In this document: one piece after another, positions 58,489 to 64,000 of the stretch
Layout: each line of letters starts with the position of its first letter
Numbering within the stretch: the first letter of the stretch is position 1
Assembly: GCA_965205855.1 (NCBI GenBank)
Contig: OZ242184.1
Location: 544,001-608,000 of the forward strand
DNA: 64,000 nucleotides
Source of the DNA: Thermodesulfobacteriota bacterium
GTDB taxonomy: Bacteria; Desulfobacterota_D; UBA1144; Nemesobacterales; Mycalebacteriaceae
Direction of reading: 5' to 3'
Program-made: the position numbers and the translations under genes
Notes under the pieces: generated by a model
Seen by the model: the letters and a program-made list of their open reading frames with translations, nothing else
Told to the model about the DNA's origin: nothing
Databases searched by the model: none

Positions 58489-59575
58489 GATTGAAATACA
58501 AATAATAGCCGTTCTTGTGGCGACAGGGTGCGCGACTGTGGGAATTTTTCTGGTCCTTCAGGGAAAGGCGATGATAACCGATTCCGTGAGCCATTCAATT
58601 CTTCCGGGCATAGCGGCGGGATTTCTTTTAAGTGGCAGTTTGTCATCCCCTCTTCTTGTTTTCGGCGCGCTCGTCGCGGCTGCCGCAAGTGCGGTTTGCT
58701 CCGAAGCTCTGTCCCGCGGCAGGCTGATGTCAAAAGACTCATCCATCGCTTTTGTCTATCCGTTTCTTTTCAGCATCGGAGTGGTTCTGGTTTCCGGATA
58801 TGCCGGCAATGCCCATCTGGATGTTGATGCGGTTTTGCTCGGAGAGATAGTGCTTGCTCCGCTTGACAGAATTGTAGTCGGTGGAAATGACCTGGGACCG
58901 GTTTCTCTATATTCATCCGGCGCGGTCGTGCTTATGAACGGGGTTTTTGTCGCCTTGTTTTACAAAGAGCTGAAACTGCTGACCTTTGATCCGGAAGCCG
59001 CGAAGGCCGCCGGGTTTTCGGGCTCCGTTCTGCTCCCGGTATTTTCAACGATAGTTTGTATTACTTGCATTGTATCTTTTGAGGCGGTTGGCTCCGTTTT
59101 GCTTATAGCACTTGTAGCTACGCCTCCTTGCTGCGCGCTGCTTCTGACAAACAGACTTAGCGTGGCGGTTGCCTTAAGCCTTATAATCGCGGGTTGCGCG
59201 GCCGTTGCGGGTTTTCACGCGGCGGTTTTCTGGAACACCAATATTGCCGGAGCCATTACCTCGACTCTGGGAGCGGTTTTTCTTTTAATTCTTGTGTTTG
59301 CCCCGGAAAAGGGAGTTGTGTCTCGCGTGATTGAAAATCGAAGGAGGAGAAAGGAGATTGAAACCGCTTTTCTGCTTGAGCATATGGCGCGCGGAGCGGA
59401 ACGCAAAGATATCCAAACCGTTTGCCGGGAGATTATGTGGAAACGGGAGTCGGCTCTTGCGGTCGTACAGCGGGCGCAGAAAAAAGGTTATGTTGAAACG
59501 GACGGGCGGACAATAAGGATTATGGAGCCTGGAAGAGATGCCGTGCAAGCCTTTGCCTCGCGTTTCAACTTGTAA
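58478..59575 (+). CDS. mntD: Mn/Zn/Fe ABC transporter permease with C-terminal cytoplasmic extension
   Basis: MITDSVSHSILPG, HLDVDAVLLGE, YKELKLLTFD, FEAVGS. Confidence 0.88.
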   Translation: MSHEIEIQIIAVLVATGCATVGIFLVLQGKAMITDSVSHSILPGIAAGFLLSGSLSSPLLVFGALVAAAASAVCSEALSRGRLMSKDSSIAFVYPFLFSIGVVLVSGYAGNAHLDVDAVLLGEIVLAPLDRIVVGGNDLGPVSLYSSGAVVLMNGVFVALFYKELKLLTFDPEAAKAAGFSGSVLLPVFSTIVCITCIVSFEAVGSVLLIALVATPPCCALLLTNRLSVAVALSLIIAGCAAVAGFHAAVFWNTNIAGAITSTLGAVFLLILVFAPEKGVVSRVIENRRRRKEIETAFLLEHMARGAERKDIQTVCREIMWKRESALAVVQRAQKKGYVETDGRTIRIMEPGRDAVQAFASRFNL

Positions 59576-59624
59576 AACGGCTTGCGTTCGCATCCTTTGC
59601 TGTGTTAGGTTATAGGACGGTCAA

Positions 59625-59921
59625 ATGACGAAATCGGAAATCAGCAGAAAAATATCCCATAAATTCAAACTTTCAAAAAGCGATGCGGACAAGGTTCTCA
59701 ATACTATAACGGACGGTCTTTTCAAAGCCGTCAGTTCCGGGGCGCGCGTTGAAATCAGAGGGTTTGGAAGTTTTTACACAAAGCAGTGTAATTCTTACAC
59801 CGGAAGAAATCCGCGCACCGGAGAGAAAGTGGAAGTGGAGGCGAAAAGACTTCCGTATTTTAGACAGGGAAAAGAGATCAAGTCGGTTTTTAAAAAAATG
59901 TCCGAGCGGGAATCCGACTGA
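59625..59921 (+). CDS. ihfB: Integration host factor beta / HU-family DNA-binding protein
   Basis: MTKSE, RVEIRGFGSF, GRNPRTGE. Confidence 0.8.
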   Translation: MTKSEISRKISHKFKLSKSDADKVLNTITDGLFKAVSSGARVEIRGFGSFYTKQCNSYTGRNPRTGEKVEVEAKRLPYFRQGKEIKSVFKKMSERESD

Positions 59922-59933
59922 TAAAATGCTAAA

Positions 59934-60533
59934 ATGGCTTTACTGGACATTCTCCTTTATCCCAATCCCAAACTGAGAAAAAAAAGCGCTCCAATCGGGG
60001 AGATTAACGAAGATATCCGCCTTCTTCTTGACGATATGCTGGAGACCATGAAGAACGCTGAAGGGATAGGCATTGCCGCGCCGCAAGTCGGCAGAAACGT
60101 GCGGGTTGTCATTGTTACATACGCACACGATCGCGAAGAAAAGGAAAATGAAGCCGGTGAACACGCGAAAGCCGACATGCCCGTGATTGAAATGGTAAAC
60201 CCTGTTATCAAAAAATCTTCCGGCGAAGAATACGAGCCAGAGGGATGCCTGAGCATTCCGGGCTTTGTCGCCGAGGTGAAAAGAAAGGAGAAGATTGAGG
60301 TTGAATGGCTTTGCCGGAACGGGGAAAAGCGCCATATGCTTGCGTGTGGACTGACCGCAAGGATAATCCAGCATGAAACAGACCATCTTGACGGCATTCT
60401 TTTTGTTGATCGGTTGGGCGCATTGAAAAAAGAGATGATGCTGAAAAAGATGGACAGGGCTTTTTCGGACGATTCCGGCTCTTCCCGTCGTGCTGAAGAA
60501 GGCGCAAAGAGTGGACGGGGACAATCCAAATGA
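59934..60533 (+). CDS. def: Peptide deformylase
   Basis: GIGIAAPQ, EGCLS, QHETDHLDG. Confidence 0.96.
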   Translation: MALLDILLYPNPKLRKKSAPIGEINEDIRLLLDDMLETMKNAEGIGIAAPQVGRNVRVVIVTYAHDREEKENEAGEHAKADMPVIEMVNPVIKKSSGEEYEPEGCLSIPGFVAEVKRKEKIEVEWLCRNGEKRHMLACGLTARIIQHETDHLDGILFVDRLGALKKEMMLKKMDRAFSDDSGSSRRAEEGAKSGRGQSK

Positions 60534-61693
60534 TATTTCCCAAAAATATCAAACTGTCGGAACTGGCGGACGGTCTTGCCCCTTTCTATGTGATGGAGAT
60601 GCTTGAAAGGGCGAAAAAAATGGAGGACGCTGGAACCGATGTGGTTCATCTTGAGGTTGGCGAGCCACATCTTCGGACGCCGTCCGATGTATGCGCCGCC
60701 GCGGTTTCGTCCATAAACAAAGGGGAAACCCGCTATTCGCCAAGCGGTGGAATTGAGGCTCTCAGAGAAGAGATAGCGCACGTTTATAACTCAAACTACG
60801 GTCTGAAAGTTGCTGCAGACAATGTGATGGTAACCTCCGGAAGCTCGCCCGCTCTTCTTCTCGCGATACTGTGTCTTGCAAATCCGGGCGATGAAATTAT
60901 TATCACAGACCCTCACTACGCTTGCTATCCCGGAATAATAAAAGCCGCGAGCGCGGTTCCCGTAACCGTTGAGATATACGCCGAAGAAAACTATCAGATA
61001 GACGCGCAGCGGTTGAAGAAAGCACTTACTCCGGCAACAAAGGCGATAATACTGAACTCTCCCGCGAACCCGACAGGGGCGGTTCTTGACGAAAGTGTTG
61101 TGGAGTCAATCTGCTCTTTGGGAATTTTCATCATATCGGACGAGATATACCATGGGCTTGAATACGGAGGAAAATCAAAATCCATTCTCAATCACACCGA
61201 TTATGCGGTCGTCGTGAATGGATTTTCAAAACTGTGCTCAATGACCGGCTGGAGACTCGGATATATGATAGCACATGAAGAGTTGATACGTTCGGCGCAA
61301 AAAATTCAGCAAAATCTTTTCATATCACCCAACCCTTTTGTTCAGCAAGGCGGGCTTGTCGCCCTGAAAAAGGTTTTTCCGCAATCCGGTCAAATTGCCG
61401 CGACATATTCAACGCACAGGGACGCGATGGTTCAATCCCTACGCGGTATAGGTCTTTCGCCGTGCGGAGACCCGCGCGGCGCTTTCTACCTGTTTGTGAA
61501 AATGCCTGCGGGCGGGGAGGATTCCCGCTCTCTTGCGTTTGACATTCTTGAGAAATCCTTTGTTGCAGTTACTCCCGGAATTGATTTTGGAAGCAAAGGC
61601 GAGGGGCATTTGCGCTTTTCGTACGCGACCTCTGTTGAGAATATTAACAAGGGAATAAAAAGGGTGGGCGAGTGTTTGCGGGATTTTTCCTGA
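60530..61693 (+). CDS. PLP-dependent class I/II (aspartate-type) aminotransferase
   Basis: GEP, NSPANPTG, SDEIY, GFSK...GWRLG, GAFY, LRFSY. Confidence 0.92.
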   Translation: MIFPKNIKLSELADGLAPFYVMEMLERAKKMEDAGTDVVHLEVGEPHLRTPSDVCAAAVSSINKGETRYSPSGGIEALREEIAHVYNSNYGLKVAADNVMVTSGSSPALLLAILCLANPGDEIIITDPHYACYPGIIKAASAVPVTVEIYAEENYQIDAQRLKKALTPATKAIILNSPANPTGAVLDESVVESICSLGIFIISDEIYHGLEYGGKSKSILNHTDYAVVVNGFSKLCSMTGWRLGYMIAHEELIRSAQKIQQNLFISPNPFVQQGGLVALKKVFPQSGQIAATYSTHRDAMVQSLRGIGLSPCGDPRGAFYLFVKMPAGGEDSRSLAFDILEKSFVAVTPGIDFGSKGEGHLRFSYATSVENINKGIKRVGECLRDFS

Positions 61694-61733
61694 GCGTCTG
61701 CCGGGTGGTGTAGAATGTTTTTCCGCACAGAAT

Positions 61734-62519
61734 ATGACGAGTCCGGTGAAATTTGAACGGTCAGGAGAGCAATCTGCCATGAGTTGGGATGTCGGCAAAT
61801 ACAACCTTCACGCTTCCTATGTTTACCAAATAGGCGAGAGGCTTCTGGAAGCGCTTGACCCGCGCCCGGGTGAAAACATCCTTGATTTGGGATGCGGAGA
61901 CGGAACCGTGTCCGGAAAAATAGTTGAACGCGGCGCCAGGGTGCGTGGCGTGGACGCGAGCCCGGAAATGGTTGGCACTTGCCTGAAAAAAGGGATTGAC
62001 GCTTTAGTTGCGGATGCTCACAACCTGAGTTTTGAGGCAGGGTTTGACGCTGTTTTTTCCAATGCGGCGTTGCATTGGATGAAACGGCCTGGTGATGTGA
62101 TACGCGGTGTGTTTCGCGCCTTGAAATCGGAGGGGCGTTTTGTGGGAGAATTTGGCGCGTGGGGAAATGTCCGAAAAATCACAGAGGCGATAGCGGACGC
62201 ATTGAAGCAATTCGGGCTGGATTACGGTGCTCTGAATCCGTGGTACTTTCCTTCACGCAGAGAATACAAAAAAAAACTTGAAGACGGCGGTTTTGCTGTT
62301 GAGTATATACGGACCTTTCCGCGTTCCGTTGAGTTGCCCACTGGAATTACGGGTTGGCTTGAGACTTTCGCATTTGCTTTTTTGAAGGAAATTGCGGAAG
62401 AAGAGCGGGAATCGTTTCTGAAAACGGTTGTGGAAAATACAAGACCCGCCCTGATGAAACCCGGCGGCATTTGGCATGCGGACTATGTGAGATGCCGTTT
62501 TAAGGCCGTGAAGCCCTGA
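61734..62519 (+). CDS. Class I SAM-dependent methyltransferase (Tam-like)
   Basis: LDLGCGDG, GVDASPEM, FDAVFSNAALHW, DYVR. Start may be 61779. Confidence 0.88.
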   Translation: MTSPVKFERSGEQSAMSWDVGKYNLHASYVYQIGERLLEALDPRPGENILDLGCGDGTVSGKIVERGARVRGVDASPEMVGTCLKKGIDALVADAHNLSFEAGFDAVFSNAALHWMKRPGDVIRGVFRALKSEGRFVGEFGAWGNVRKITEAIADALKQFGLDYGALNPWYFPSRREYKKKLEDGGFAVEYIRTFPRSVELPTGITGWLETFAFAFLKEIAEEERESFLKTVVENTRPALMKPGGIWHADYVRCRFKAVKP

Positions 62520-62525
62520 CGGATA

Positions 62526-63284
62526 ATGAAAATGAAAAAAAAACTTATAGCCGCAAACTGGAAAATGAACAAAACGCGCAGCGAGGCGTCGTGTTTTACG
62601 CGCGGAATTGCGGAAAAATTTTCAGATTTTACCGCCGTTGAAATTGCGCTTTTTCCTCCGTTCACTGCAATTGACTCCGTAATAAACGCGACTGCCGGTT
62701 CAAACATTACAGTTGGGGCGCAGGATGTGTTTTATGAGGAAAAGGGTTCCTATACGGGAGAGGTTTCATGCGCGATGCTTCTTGATTCAGGTTGCTCAAC
62801 TGTTATAGCCGGTCATTCCGAACGGCGTCATATTATCGGCGAAACCGACGAGGTTGTGGCATCAAAAACGGGCGCTGTTCTGAAAAGCGGCATGCGCGTG
62901 ATACTGTGTGTTGGCGAAACCGAAAAGGAAAGAGAGAGCGGGCGCGCTGTGGAGGTTGTTCAATCTCAACTTGCCGCTTCACTCGGCGGCGGAGTGGGAC
63001 ACAAGGGAGTAACGGTCGCATATGAGCCAATCTGGGCCATTGGAACCGGAAAGAACGCTGAGGCCGCACAGATAGAAGAAATGCACGGCCATATTAGAGA
63101 GGTGCTTTCGGGAATTTTTCCGCAAGGGGCGGAAAGCATCGGAGTTATATACGGAGGCAGTGTAAACCCGCAAAATGCAGGCTTCATAGTCACTGCGGAT
63201 GGTGTGGATGGAATGCTTGTCGGAACGGCGAGTCTTGAATTAGAATCATTTGCCAGCATAATAGAGACAGTTTTGACGGATTGA
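62526..63284 (+). CDS. tpiA: Triosephosphate isomerase
   Basis: ANWKMN, GHSERR, LCVGE, AYEPIWAIGTG, YGGSV, DG.LVG.AS. Confidence 0.97.
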   Translation: MKMKKKLIAANWKMNKTRSEASCFTRGIAEKFSDFTAVEIALFPPFTAIDSVINATAGSNITVGAQDVFYEEKGSYTGEVSCAMLLDSGCSTVIAGHSERRHIIGETDEVVASKTGAVLKSGMRVILCVGETEKERESGRAVEVVQSQLAASLGGGVGHKGVTVAYEPIWAIGTGKNAEAAQIEEMHGHIREVLSGIFPQGAESIGVIYGGSVNPQNAGFIVTADGVDGMLVGTASLELESFASIIETVLTD

Positions 63285-63288
63285 AACA

Positions 63289-63594
63289 ATGGAAATTTTA
63301 ATGCCTTTTATAAAAACCGCCCATATAGGGGTTGCTCTGATAATGATAGTTGTCATTCTCGTTCAGCCGGGCGGAAGTGATGAGTTGGGAACTGTTTTCG
63401 GCGGAGGCTCTTCGGAGTCCGTATTCGGAGCAAGCGGGGCGACCCCATTTCTCGCAAAAGCGACAAGGTTTATGGCGGTTGTTTTTATTCTGACTTCTCT
63501 GCTGCTCGGATATATATCCTTCAAGCAGTCGTCTTCATCCGTGCTTGACAGGGGGTCCGTTGAAATACCCGCTGAGACCACGGCGCCCAAATAG
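63289..63594 (+). CDS. secG: Preprotein translocase subunit SecG
   Basis: Two TM segments, ILVQ, FGGG...VFG..G...FL.KAT; conserved tpiA-secG order. Confidence 0.93.
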   Translation: MEILMPFIKTAHIGVALIMIVVILVQPGGSDELGTVFGGGSSESVFGASGATPFLAKATRFMAVVFILTSLLLGYISFKQSSSSVLDRGSVEIPAETTAPK

Positions 63595-63638
63595 AAATCC
63601 GCCGGTGGCGGATAAAATTAATTATAAGGGAGGTATCC

Positions 63639-63905
63639 ATGCCTTACATCATAGCAGAGCCGTGCATTGACGTTAAAGACAAATCATGCGTTGAAGCGTG
63701 CCCGGTGGACTGCATATACGAAGGGGAAAAACAACTGTTTATTGAGCCGAACGAGTGCATCGACTGCGGCGCGTGCGTTGACCCCTGTCCTGTGGACGCT
63801 ATTTTTCATGAAGATGAAATTCCCGAAAAATGGCAGGGGTTTATCAAAGAAAACAGCGATTTCTTTGAGGGAAAAGAAAATCTCCAGCCAGCGACAAAAG
63901 ACTGA
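63639..63905 (+). CDS. fdxA: 7Fe (FdxA-type) ferredoxin
   Basis: C.DVKD..CV..CPVDCI and ECIDCGAC...CPV.AI; RBS gggagg. Confidence 0.9.
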   Translation: MPYIIAEPCIDVKDKSCVEACPVDCIYEGEKQLFIEPNECIDCGACVDPCPVDAIFHEDEIPEKWQGFIKENSDFFEGKENLQPATKD

Positions 63906-64000
63906 AAAACAAGGATTTTTAAGGGAAAAAGCATCGCGCATCTCCTCCTTTTTGTGCAAACGGTATCCGAACGCAAAATGCCACTTGAATTACGAGTCAG

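Noticed and set aside
63597-63613. ATCCGCC-GGT-GGCGGAT hairpin between secG and the ferredoxin gene
   Set aside because: Three-base loop and no clear U-tract on the plus strand; function uncertain.

Overview
The first 41.6 kb is a compositionally distinct, C/G-rich island. It holds two tandem giant surface-protein genes built from shuffled Ig-like, cadherin-like, PKD, He_PIG, DUF5011 and Calx-beta modules. Gene 1 (<1..9817) runs off the left edge. Gene 2 (9913..41631) is shown as three ORFs but reads as one ~10,560-aa protein broken by a 46-bp tandem duplication (17104-17195) and a 1-bp deletion (~36501). It has a Sec signal peptide. Both genes end in the same ~1.9-kb cassette: a SwmB-like domain, an autotransporter-type beta-barrel and an extra ~100-aa beta-rich tail ending in Phe. 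At the island's right edge are two relics absent from the ORF track: a degraded IS1595/IS1016-type transposase and the last strands of a third, unrelated beta-barrel pseudogene. From 42.2 kb the window is ordinary bacterial core genome: TPR lipoprotein, PfkB kinase, mtnP, rsmG, thermonuclease, MFS, tRNA-Lys, tRNA-Glu, gmhB, GT2, addAB, tRNA-Arg, a DtxR/MntR-regulated Mn/Zn/Fe ABC operon, ihfB, def, aminotransferase, methyltransferase, tpiA, secG and a ferredoxin. Domain names come from motif recognition by eye; no searches were run.
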